Assembly (NCBI GenBank): GCA_041687695.1
Contig: JAWLBL010000011.1
Span: forward strand, 101,716 to 165,715
Source: Myxococcota bacterium
GTDB taxonomy: Bacteria; Myxococcota_A; UBA9042; PHBI01; JAWLBL01
Direction: 5' to 3'
Length of the DNA: 64,000 nucleotides
Shown here one piece after another: positions 48,392 through 56,866 of this stretch. The stretch's first letter is position 1. The number at the start of each line of letters is the position of its first letter. The position numbers and the translations under genes were made by a program. Below the pieces are notes generated by a model. The model was not told where the DNA came from. It ran no database searches and saw only the letters and a list, made by a program, of their open reading frames with translations.

Positions 48392-50815
48392 TCAGGGCAC
48401 GGCGACCGACAGCAGCTCGCCCAGGTGGCGCACGCGGTCGATCCACTGCCGGGCGCGCGCCTCGCCCTCGGCGGCCTGCTCGGCGCGCGCGGGCAGCTCG
48501 CTCTCCAGCAGGCCGTAGAACAGGTCCTGGGTGTGGCGCAGGTTGACCTCGAAGCCGACGCCTCGCGCGAAGGCGACCAGCGCCTCGACGCGCTCGAGCA
48601 GCCCGAGGTCGGCCGAGTCCATCGTGAGCTGGCCCATCAGCCCCTCGACCCGCTTGCGCAGGGCGTACTCGACGCGCTGGCGATCGACCTCGACGTTCTC
48701 GCTCTGCAGCTCGTCGAGCAGCGCCTGGACGCGCTCGAGATCGGGCGGCTCGGCCTCGAGCGCCTCGACCACGGCCGCGTTGAGCACGAACTCGGCCGGC
48801 ATCTCGAGCGCCTTGGGCAGCGGCATCCCGAGCGCCGCCACGAACCGCATCAGCGGCGCGTGGTTGTCGTAGATGCGCCGGTACTCGCTCTCGAGCGCGC
48901 CCAGGGTCGCGCTCATGATCTGCTTGACGATGCGCCGCTGCTCGTCGCGGAACAGCGAGCGGAGCGAGTAGGACGAGCCCCCGAAGTGCTTCTGGATGAT
49001 GCACAGGATCTCGCCGAAGTCCGCGCGGTCGAAGGCGGCCGTCGCCTCGCGCACGAGCTGGCGGTACTCGGTGTCGCCGATGAACTCGCGGACGCCGCCG
49101 CTCATGTTGTGGTCGGCGAAGTGCAGCACGCCGAAGGTCAGATCGGCCGTCTGGCGCGTGATCTCGCTGGTGACCGTGACCCGCCCGACCACCATGCGGG
49201 AGCGGCCGGCGTCGAGGACCTGGTAGTCCTTTCGGTCGACGGAGTAGCAGTAGATCCGCGCGATGTCGTCGTAGGTGTCGAACACGCTGCTGACCGCGTA
49301 GTGCGCGCCCACCTTGGGCAGGTCGACCATGGCCGGCCGCACGTAGCGCTCGTAGATGGCGCGGCCGTCGCGCGCGTGCGGCAGGTTGCTCTTGGCCGCC
49401 TGGAGCTGCTCGAGGAAGCCCTCGGTCGGGTCCTCGTCGAGCAGGCGCGCCGCCAGCTGCACGGCGCGGCCCGCGTACTGGATCGACTGCACGGTCTCGA
49501 TGCCGCTCAGCTCGTCGAAGAACCAGCCGCAGCTGGTGTACATCAGCATCGCATGGCGCTGCAGCTCGAGCAGCTCGAGCAGCCGCACGCGCTCGTTCGG
49601 CTCGAGGTGGCCCGTGGCGTGCGCCTCGAAGAAGCGCCCGAGGCTGTCGTCGGACCGGTCGAGCACCACGTCGATGTAGGCGTCTCGGGCCGCCCAGGGG
49701 CGCGCGACCAGCTTGCCCGCCTCGCGCTCGTACAGCGGCGCCAGCGTGTCGCGCAGCCAGTCCAGCGCTTGCCGCAGCGGCGCCCGCCAGTTCTGGTTCC
49801 ACCCGCCGTGGCCGCCCGAGTTGCACCCGCACGACGCGCGCCAGCGCTCGATGCCGTGGATGCAGCTCCACGACGAGTTCTCGACGATCTGCACCTCGGT
49901 CGTCGGCGGGTGCTTCTCCAGGTACTGCCCGTAGTTGGTCAGCGTCACCCAGTCGGTCTGCTCGATGTGCTGCAGCGCGTAGGCCAGCGCCATGTCGCCC
50001 TGGCGGTGGTGGTGGCCGTAGGTCTCGCCGTCCGTCGCGATGTGGACCAGCTGCGGCCACGAGCGCTCGTCCGAGAACGCCCCCATCAGGCGGCTCGCCA
50101 GGTGCTCGCCCCGCTCGAGCAGGCGCTCGAAGGCCACCGCCTGCGACACGGGCCCGTCGTAGAAGAACAGCGCGATGGACCGACCGCTGGGCAGCCGGCA
50201 CAGGTAGGGCCGCGTCGGGTCGACCGCCTCGCCGACGTCCACCCAGTCGCCGCCGTCCAGATCCCGGATGCGCGCCGCCTGCCGCGGCGCAAGCAGCGTG
50301 AACTCGATGCCGTGCTCGGCCAGGATGTCCAACGTCTCGTAGTCGACCGCCGTCTCGGCCAGCCACATCCCCTCGGGGTCCCGCCCGAAGCGCGACCGGA
50401 AGTCGGCGAGGCCCCACCGGACCTGCGTCACGCGGTCGCGCCGGTTCGCGAGCGGCATGATCATGTGGTTGTAGACCTGCGCCATCGCCGACCCGTGGCC
50501 GCCGAACAGCGCGCGGCTGTCGCGGTCGGCCTGCTGGATGGCCTCGTAGACCCGCGGCGCCCGCGCCTGCATCCAGGCCAGCACCGTCGGCCCGAAGTTG
50601 AAGCTGATGCGCGCGTAGTTGTTGACGATCCTGGCGATTCGCCCCTCGCCGTCCAGGATGCGCGAGGCCGCGTTGGGGCCGTAGCACTCGGCCGTCACCC
50701 GCTCGTTCCAGTCGTGGTACGGGAAGGCCGAGTCCTGCAGCTCGATGGTCTCGAGCCACGGGTTCTCGCGGGGGGGCTGGTAGAAGTGCCCGTGGATGCA
50801 GATGTAGCGCTCCAT
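48392..50815 (-). CDS. GH57/DUF3536 glycoside hydrolase
   Basis: IHGHFYQPPRENPW, SFNFGPT, GMWLAET, ATDGETYGHH, MYTSCGWFFDE. Confidence 0.92.
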   Translation of the reverse strand: MERYICIHGHFYQPPRENPWLETIELQDSAFPYHDWNERVTAECYGPNAASRILDGEGRIARIVNNYARISFNFGPTVLAWMQARAPRVYEAIQQADRDSRALFGGHGSAMAQVYNHMIMPLANRRDRVTQVRWGLADFRSRFGRDPEGMWLAETAVDYETLDILAEHGIEFTLLAPRQAARIRDLDGGDWVDVGEAVDPTRPYLCRLPSGRSIALFFYDGPVSQAVAFERLLERGEHLASRLMGAFSDERSWPQLVHIATDGETYGHHHRQGDMALAYALQHIEQTDWVTLTNYGQYLEKHPPTTEVQIVENSSWSCIHGIERWRASCGCNSGGHGGWNQNWRAPLRQALDWLRDTLAPLYEREAGKLVARPWAARDAYIDVVLDRSDDSLGRFFEAHATGHLEPNERVRLLELLELQRHAMLMYTSCGWFFDELSGIETVQSIQYAGRAVQLAARLLDEDPTEGFLEQLQAAKSNLPHARDGRAIYERYVRPAMVDLPKVGAHYAVSSVFDTYDDIARIYCYSVDRKDYQVLDAGRSRMVVGRVTVTSEITRQTADLTFGVLHFADHNMSGGVREFIGDTEYRQLVREATAAFDRADFGEILCIIQKHFGGSSYSLRSLFRDEQRRIVKQIMSATLGALESEYRRIYDNHAPLMRFVAALGMPLPKALEMPAEFVLNAAVVEALEAEPPDLERVQALLDELQSENVEVDRQRVEYALRKRVEGLMGQLTMDSADLGLLERVEALVAFARGVGFEVNLRHTQDLFYGLLESELPARAEQAAEGEARARQWIDRVRHLGELLSVAVP

Positions 50816-50820
50816 GCGGG

Positions 50821-52755
50821 TCAGGGCTCCTCGTGACGGGTGAAGACGACCACGGTCTCGGCGGGCAGCTCGAGCCGCAGCTCGCCGTCCGAGACCACCT
50901 CGGCGCCGATGGCGCTGCCCGGCCCGTGCCAGCGCGGCTCGGCCGCGTCGAGGCGCTTGTGCCAGCGGCCCGGCGGCACCGGCAGCGTCACGGTGGCCGG
51001 CTCGCGCCCGAAGTGCAGCACGGTCACGGCGGCGTCGGCGCCGAACCAGCGGCGCAGGACCAGCGTCCGCGTCGCGTCGAGGGCGATGACCTCGAGGTTG
51101 TCGTTCGAGGGCAGGCGCAGCGCCTCGCAGTCCGTGCGCAGCCGGATGAGCGCCTTGTGGTACTCGAGCAGCGCCCGGTGGCGCCCCTCGGCGCTCAGAC
51201 GGTGGTCGAGCCGCGCGCTCTCGAAGGTGCGCGGGTCCTGCGGGTCGGGCGGGCCCTGCGCGTTCCAGGTGAAGGCCTCGAACTCGCGCCGGCGGCCCTG
51301 GCGGACGGCCTCGACCAGGTGCGGGTCCGAGTGGCTGACGAAGTAGGGGAAGGGCGCCGTCTCGCCGTACTCCTCGCCCATGAAGATGAGCGGCACGAAG
51401 GGCGACAGCAGGACCGCCCCGGCCGCCACCTTCAGCGCCGCGAACGACACCAGCTGCGTCAGGCGGTCGCCGCGCATGCGGTTGCCGATCTGGTCGTGGT
51501 TCTGCGCGAAGACGACGAAGCGCTGCGCCGCCAGATCCCGCGCCGACCGGCCGTGGCGCCGCTCGCGGAACTTCGAGTACTCGCCCGTGTAGACGAAGCC
51601 CTCGCGGTAGGCCTTGGCCATCTGCTGCAGCGCGCCATAGTCGGCGTAGTAGCCATCGCTCTCGCCGGTCAGCAGCGCGTGCAGCGCATGGTGGAAGTCG
51701 TCGTTCCACTGCGCGTCCATGCCGACGCCGCCCAGCTCGCGCGGCCGCACGAGGCGCGGGTCGTTCAGGTTGCTCTCGGCGATGACCTGCACCCGGCGCC
51801 CGAGGCGCTCGGCCTGCGCGTGCACCGCGCTGGTCAGCTCTTCCAGAAACGAGTGCGCCGACTGGTCCATGATGGCGTGGACCGCGTCGAGGCGCAGCGC
51901 GTCGACGTGCGCCTCGGTCACCCAGAACAGGGCGTTGTCGATGAAGAAGCGCCGGACCGCGTCGCTCTGCTCGCCGTCGAAGTTGACGGCCTGCCCCCAC
52001 GGCGTCTGGTAGCGCTCGGTGAAGTAGGGGCCGAACTGCGACAGGTAGTTCCCCTCGGGGCCGATGTGGTTGTAGACGAGGTCCAGCACCACCGCGAGCC
52101 CGGCCCGGTGGCAGGCGTCGACCAGGCGCTGCAGGCCTGGCAAGCCGCCGTAGCTGCTCTGGGCGGCGAAGGGGTGGGTGCCGTCGTAGCCCCAGTTGCG
52201 GTCGCCCGGGAACTGCGCGATGGGCATCAGCTCGATGGCGGTGACCCCCAGGTCGACCAGCTCGGGCAGGTGCCGGATGGCCGCCTCGAAGGTGCCCTCG
52301 CCCGTGAACGTGCCGACGTGCAGCTCGTAGACGATGTAGTCCTGCAGCGGCGGGCCCACCCAGCCGTGGTCGGACCACGCGAAGCGCGGATCGACCACCT
52401 CGGAGGGGCCGTGCACGCCGCGCGGCTGCTTGCGCGAGGCGGGGTCGGGGCGGTCGACGTCCTCGTCCAGCCGGTACAGGTACAGGGCGCCGGGCAGGAC
52501 GTCGTCGACGACGCCGGCGAAGTAGCCGCGGCCCGTGGGCTCGAGGGCGACCAGGCGGTCGCGGTCGCCGTCGCGTTCCGTGACCAGGCGGACCTCGACC
52601 TTGCGCGCGTTGGGCGCCCAGACGAGGAAGCGGCAGCGGCCGTCGGGCAGCGGCGTGGCCCCCAGGCAGGACTCGGCGGCGCCGCCAGCCCGGGCGCGGT
52701 GCGGGCGCATGAGGCGGTGGGAGGCCTTCTGGAGCCGGCGCACGTCGTCGGTCAT
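50821..52755 (-). CDS. treZ: Malto-oligosyltrehalose trehalohydrolase
   Basis: VWAP, PDPAS..QPRGVHGPS, YELHVGTFT, RNWGYDG, LRLDAVHAI, QNHDQIGNR. Confidence 0.95.
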   Translation of the reverse strand: MTDDVRRLQKASHRLMRPHRARAGGAAESCLGATPLPDGRCRFLVWAPNARKVEVRLVTERDGDRDRLVALEPTGRGYFAGVVDDVLPGALYLYRLDEDVDRPDPASRKQPRGVHGPSEVVDPRFAWSDHGWVGPPLQDYIVYELHVGTFTGEGTFEAAIRHLPELVDLGVTAIELMPIAQFPGDRNWGYDGTHPFAAQSSYGGLPGLQRLVDACHRAGLAVVLDLVYNHIGPEGNYLSQFGPYFTERYQTPWGQAVNFDGEQSDAVRRFFIDNALFWVTEAHVDALRLDAVHAIMDQSAHSFLEELTSAVHAQAERLGRRVQVIAESNLNDPRLVRPRELGGVGMDAQWNDDFHHALHALLTGESDGYYADYGALQQMAKAYREGFVYTGEYSKFRERRHGRSARDLAAQRFVVFAQNHDQIGNRMRGDRLTQLVSFAALKVAAGAVLLSPFVPLIFMGEEYGETAPFPYFVSHSDPHLVEAVRQGRRREFEAFTWNAQGPPDPQDPRTFESARLDHRLSAEGRHRALLEYHKALIRLRTDCEALRLPSNDNLEVIALDATRTLVLRRWFGADAAVTVLHFGREPATVTLPVPPGRWHKRLDAAEPRWHGPGSAIGAEVVSDGELRLELPAETVVVFTRHEEP

Positions 52756-53061
52756 CGGAGCTCCGGTGGGTCGGGCCGGCACGCGGCGGCGCGTGGGGCC
52801 CGGCGGCGAGAGGCGTCGGGGCCGGCGAGCGCCAGGCACGCGCCAGGCGCGGCGAAGGCGGGCCGGGGCCTCGGGTCGCGGGGCACGGCGGGCGGCGTGG
52901 GCCTTTGGGTTTGAGCGGGGAACGTAGCACGCGGCCCGGAGCGGCCTGAGCATCTGGTCCCGGGCGGGGTCAAGCCCGCGTGGGCGCAACGAAAGCCCGG
53001 CCGGTCCGGCGGGGCAGGCGGTCCGCCCGTGGGGGAGCCGCCGGGCAGACCTGATGGATGG

Positions 53062-53373
53062 GGCCGTGGCCGTGTTTGTGGCCGAGGCCGAGGCCGAGGC
53101 CGTCGCCGAGGCCGTGGCCGTAGATCGTGGCCGTGGCCGTGGCCGTGGCCGTAGACCGTGGCCGTGGCCGTGTCCGTGGCCGTGGCCGTGGCCGTAGACC
53201 GTGGCCGTGGCCGTGGCCGTAGACCGTGGCCGTGGCCGTAGATCGTGGCCGAGGCCGTAGATCGTGGCCGAGGCCGTAGATCGTGGCCGAGGCCGTAGAT
53301 CGTGGCCGTGGCCGTGGCCGTGGCCGTGGCCGAGACCGAGACCGAGACCGTGGCCGTCTCCGTGTCCGTGACC
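53062..53373. repeat. GGCCG(T/A) hexamer tandem array interrupted by AGA(T/C)CGT heptamers
   Basis: Directly visible over about 310 bp. Confidence 0.95.
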
Positions 53374-53488
53374 ATCCCAAGGACGCTGTGTCCGGACTGC
53401 ACGAGCTTGCTCGTGCTCGAGGGCCCGCGCAGCTCGCTGCGCGCTCCGTCGGGCGCCGAGGTGGGCTGGGCACGGGCCTCGTCGCTGA

Positions 53489-53651
53489 GGGAGCCATCCA
53501 TCGCGTCAGAGGATGCGGGAGGGTCGCAGTGAGTCCCGTCGGCGTAAAGGGCAAGCCGGCGCTGCGCGCCGGTCGCCTGCGGCGACCCTTGACGCCGCCG
53601 GGACCCACTGCGGGGTGGGGCCGCATCCACTGACACGAAAGGATGGCTCCC
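53489..53651 (-). other. Long T-shaped fold-back structure
   Basis: gggagccatcc/ggatggctccc, ggatgcgg/ccgcatcc, cgcagtgagtcccg/cgggacccactgcg, cggcgt/acgccg and aaggg/ccctt, capped by two triloop hairpins. Strand is inferred from wobble pairs and loop sequence. Confidence 0.85.
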
Positions 53652-54014
53652 ATGCAGAGCGAAGGTGTGGTTCGGAACGGCAGCTCCCTCCAGGCTGAAT
53701 CGCTGGCGGTCGAGGCGGCGGCGGCGGTCGTGGCATCGGCGCACGGCGTGAGTCCGCAGTTGCGGTGCGTCGCCGAGCAGGCGGTGCGGGCGGCTGCGAG
53801 CGTTCCCTTGAACCTGGCTGAGGGCGCTGGCCGGGCGGGGCGTGACCGGGTCCAGCACTACAGGATCGCCTACGGTTCGTGTCGCGAGGCGTCGGCCGCG
53901 ATGCGTCTGCTCGTCGCGACGGGCGCGGTGCCGAAGGCGCGCGGGGATGAAGCGCTGGCGCTGCTCGACCGGGTGCAGGCGATGACGTGGCGGCTGATGC
54001 ACCCGAAGAGATAG
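53652..54014 (+). CDS. Four-helix-bundle protein (23S rRNA-IVP / bAvd-like superfamily); alternative start 53643
   Basis: QAVRAAASVPLNLAEGAGR...HYRIAYGSCRE; GAAAGGA RBS at 53637-53643. Confidence 0.88.
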   Translation: MQSEGVVRNGSSLQAESLAVEAAAAVVASAHGVSPQLRCVAEQAVRAAASVPLNLAEGAGRAGRDRVQHYRIAYGSCREASAAMRLLVATGAVPKARGDEALALLDRVQAMTWRLMHPKR

Positions 54015-54021
54015 GTGAGAC

Positions 54022-54056
54022 CCTCGGGCCTCGCCGTCTCTGGCGAGGCCCCGAGG
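54022..54056. terminator. GC-rich hairpin directly after the four-helix-bundle gene
   Basis: cctcgggcctcgcc-gtctct-ggcgaggccccgagg; no T-tract. Confidence 0.45.
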
Positions 54057-54216
54057 TGCCGGTTGGCCAAGGCGGTGCTCGAACTGTGTGCTGGCTCCGT
54101 CCTGGCTTCACCACGCACGGCGTACAGGGCTGGCCCGCCGGGGCCGACCGTCGCGTCGGGGGCCGAACTGTGGTTCCATGGCGCCTCCCCGACGACCCGA
54201 CGAGGAGATCCGACCG

Positions 54217-56862
54217 ATGCCGCAGGCCGACCCTCACGCTCCGCTCCGCGACGACGTCCGGCTGCTCGGGACGCTGCTCGGCGAGACGCTCAAGCGCCAG
54301 GGCGGCGAGGCCCTGTACCTGACCGTCGAGCAGGTGCGCGGGCTGTCCAAGGCGGCGCGCGCGGGCGATCCGGCCGCCGGGCGCGCCCTGGGCGAGTCGC
54401 TGCGGGCCCTGGGCGCCGAGGACTCGCTGCCCGTGGCGCGCGCCTTCTCGCACTTCCTCGCCCTCGCCAACATCGCCGAGCAGCACCACCGCGTCCGCCG
54501 CCGCCGCGACTACCAGCGCGACCCCGCGGGCCGCCCGCAGCGCGGCTCGCTCGAGGAGGCCATCCCCCGCCTGCTGAGCGCCGGCGTCGAGCCCGCCACC
54601 CTGGCGCGCGCCGTCCGCGATCTCCGCATCGAGTTGGTCCTGACCGCCCACCCGACCGAGGTCAACCGCCGCACGCTCCTGCAGAAGCACAACCACATCG
54701 CCGATCTGCTGAGCCTGCTCGACCACCCCGATCTCACGCCGCGCGAACGCCAGGGGCTGCACGAGTCGCTCTACCGCGAGATCACCGGGCTGTGGCGCAC
54801 CGACGAGGTGCGGCGCCAGAAACCCACCCCGGTCGAGGAGGCGCGCGCCGGCCTGCTGGTCTTCGAGCAGACCCTGTGGGACGCCGTGCCCCGCACCATG
54901 CGCGCCCTCGACGAGGTCCTGCTGCACAAGACCGGCGAGCCGCTGCCGCTCGACGCCGCGCCCATCCGCTTCGGCTCCTGGATGGGCGGCGACCGCGACG
55001 GCAACCCCAACGTCACGCCCGACGTCACGCGGCGCGTGTGCCTGCTGGCCCGCTGGATGGCCGCCGATCTCTACGCCCGCGAGGTCGACGCCCTGCGCGC
55101 CGAGCTGTCGCTCGCCGACTGCGACGAGGCCCTGCGCGAGGCGGTCGGCGACGCGGCCGAGCCCTACCGGGCGCTGCTGCGCGAGGTGAAGCTGCGCCTC
55201 GAGCGCACCCGCGACCGCGCCGACGCCCTGATGAAGGGCGAGCCGCCGCCCGACGGGCCCCACTACGAGCACCCCGACGAGCTGCGCGAGCCGCTGATGC
55301 TGTGCTGGCGCTCGCTGCACGCCACGCGCGCCGAGGCCATCGCCCACGGGCGGCTGCTGGATCTGCTGCGGCGCCTGGCCTGCTTCGGGCTGACCCTGAC
55401 GCGCCTGGACGTCCGGCAGGAGTCCGACCGCCACACCGAGGCGCTCGACGCCGTGACGCGCCACCTGGGCCTCGGCTCCTACGCCGAGTGGACCGAGGAC
55501 GAGCGCCAGGCCTTCCTGGTCCGCGAGCTCGAGGGGCGCCGCCCGCTCGTCCCGCGCGATCTGCCGTGCAGCGACGCCGTGCGCGACGTGCTCGACACCT
55601 TCCGCGTCATCGCCGAGCAGCCGCCCGAGTCGCTGGGCGCCTACGTCATCTCGATGGCGCGCCAGCCCTCGGACGTGCTGGCGGTCGAGCTGCTGCAGCG
55701 CGAGGCCGGCGTCCGGCGGCCGCTGCGGGTCGTGCCGCTGTTCGAGACCCTGGACGATCTGCAGCGCGCCGGCGACTCGGTGCGCCAGCTGCTGGCCGTC
55801 CCCTGGTACCGCCAGCGGGTGCACGGCGCCGTCGAGATCATGATCGGCTACTCGGACTCGGCCAAGGACGCCGGCCTGCTGACCGCCGCCTGGGCGCTGT
55901 ACCAGGCGCAGGAGGCGATGGCCGCCGCCTGCGCCGAGGCGGGCGTCCACCTGACCCTGTTCCACGGCCGCGGCGGCAGCGTCGGGCGCGGCGGCGGGCC
56001 GACCCACGCGGGCATCCTGTCGCAGCCGCCCGGCACCGTGCGCGGCGCCCTGCGCATCACCGAGCAGGGCGAGGTCATCCAGGCCAAGTACGGCCTGATG
56101 GGCGTCGCGCTGCGCAACCTCGAGCTGTTCGTCACGGCGACCCTCGAGTCCTCGCTGGCCCCGCCCGAGCCGCCGCCCCCCGAGTGGCGCGCCGTCATGG
56201 ACCGCATGGCCGCCAGCGCCGTCGACGCCTACCGCGGCGTGGTCCGCGGCGACCCTCGCTTCGTCCCCTACTTCCGCGCGACCACCCCCGAGCAGGAGCT
56301 GGGCGCCCTGAAGATCGGCAGCCGCCCCGCGCGCCGGCGGGCCGGCGGCGGCGTCGAGACGCTGCGCGCCATCCCCTGGGTCTTCGCCTGGACCCAGACC
56401 CGCCTGATGCTCCCGTCCTGGCTGGGCGTCGGCGAGGCGCTGGCCCAGGCGCTGGCCGGCCCCGACCGCGAGACGCTGCTGCACATGGCGCGCGCCTGGC
56501 CGTTCTTCCGCACCACCCTCGAGCTGGTCGAGATGGTGCTCGCCAAGGCCGAGCCCGACATCGCCCGCCAGTACGAGGAGCTGCTGGCCCCGCCCGAGCA
56601 CGCGAGCCTCGGCGAGGAGCTGCGCGCCCGCTTCCAGACCACCCAGCGCGCCGTGCTCGAGGCGCTGGGCCAGGAGCAGCTGCTCGAGAACAACCCGGTG
56701 TTGCGCCGCAGCATCTCGGTCCGCAACCCCTACGTCGACCCGCTCAACCTCATCCAGGCGCACCTGCTCTCGCAGGTCCGCGAGTCGGGCGACGAGCGCC
56801 TGTTCGACCCGCTCATGGTCACCATCAACGGCATCGCGGCCGGCATGCGCAACACGGGGTGA
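54217..56862 (+). CDS. ppc: Phosphoenolpyruvate carboxylase
   Basis: LRDDVRLLG, VLTAHPTE, SWMGGDRDGNP, MIGYSDSAKDAG, FHGRGG, LRAIPW, GMRNTG; GAGGAG RBS. Confidence 0.97.
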   Translation: MPQADPHAPLRDDVRLLGTLLGETLKRQGGEALYLTVEQVRGLSKAARAGDPAAGRALGESLRALGAEDSLPVARAFSHFLALANIAEQHHRVRRRRDYQRDPAGRPQRGSLEEAIPRLLSAGVEPATLARAVRDLRIELVLTAHPTEVNRRTLLQKHNHIADLLSLLDHPDLTPRERQGLHESLYREITGLWRTDEVRRQKPTPVEEARAGLLVFEQTLWDAVPRTMRALDEVLLHKTGEPLPLDAAPIRFGSWMGGDRDGNPNVTPDVTRRVCLLARWMAADLYAREVDALRAELSLADCDEALREAVGDAAEPYRALLREVKLRLERTRDRADALMKGEPPPDGPHYEHPDELREPLMLCWRSLHATRAEAIAHGRLLDLLRRLACFGLTLTRLDVRQESDRHTEALDAVTRHLGLGSYAEWTEDERQAFLVRELEGRRPLVPRDLPCSDAVRDVLDTFRVIAEQPPESLGAYVISMARQPSDVLAVELLQREAGVRRPLRVVPLFETLDDLQRAGDSVRQLLAVPWYRQRVHGAVEIMIGYSDSAKDAGLLTAAWALYQAQEAMAAACAEAGVHLTLFHGRGGSVGRGGGPTHAGILSQPPGTVRGALRITEQGEVIQAKYGLMGVALRNLELFVTATLESSLAPPEPPPPEWRAVMDRMAASAVDAYRGVVRGDPRFVPYFRATTPEQELGALKIGSRPARRRAGGGVETLRAIPWVFAWTQTRLMLPSWLGVGEALAQALAGPDRETLLHMARAWPFFRTTLELVEMVLAKAEPDIARQYEELLAPPEHASLGEELRARFQTTQRAVLEALGQEQLLENNPVLRRSISVRNPYVDPLNLIQAHLLSQVRESGDERLFDPLMVTINGIAAGMRNTG

Positions 56863-56866
56863 GGCG

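Noticed and set aside
45474..52989. 1761-aa and 1512-aa ORFs suggesting TreY/GH57/TreZ fusions
   Set aside because: These are out-of-frame upstream extensions in high-GC DNA. Each gene has its own start and stop.
52970..53653. ORFs across the GGCCGT array (PRPRST or ATATAT repeats)
   Set aside because: Low-complexity open frames produced by the repeat, with no RBS or domain.
53652..54014. Complete diversity-generating retroelement
   Set aside because: An Avd-like gene and a CLec/FGE-fold domain exist in the window, but I found no reverse transcriptase and no TR/VR pair.
53300..54100. 23S rRNA intervening sequence
   Set aside because: No rRNA sequence flanks the four-helix-bundle gene.
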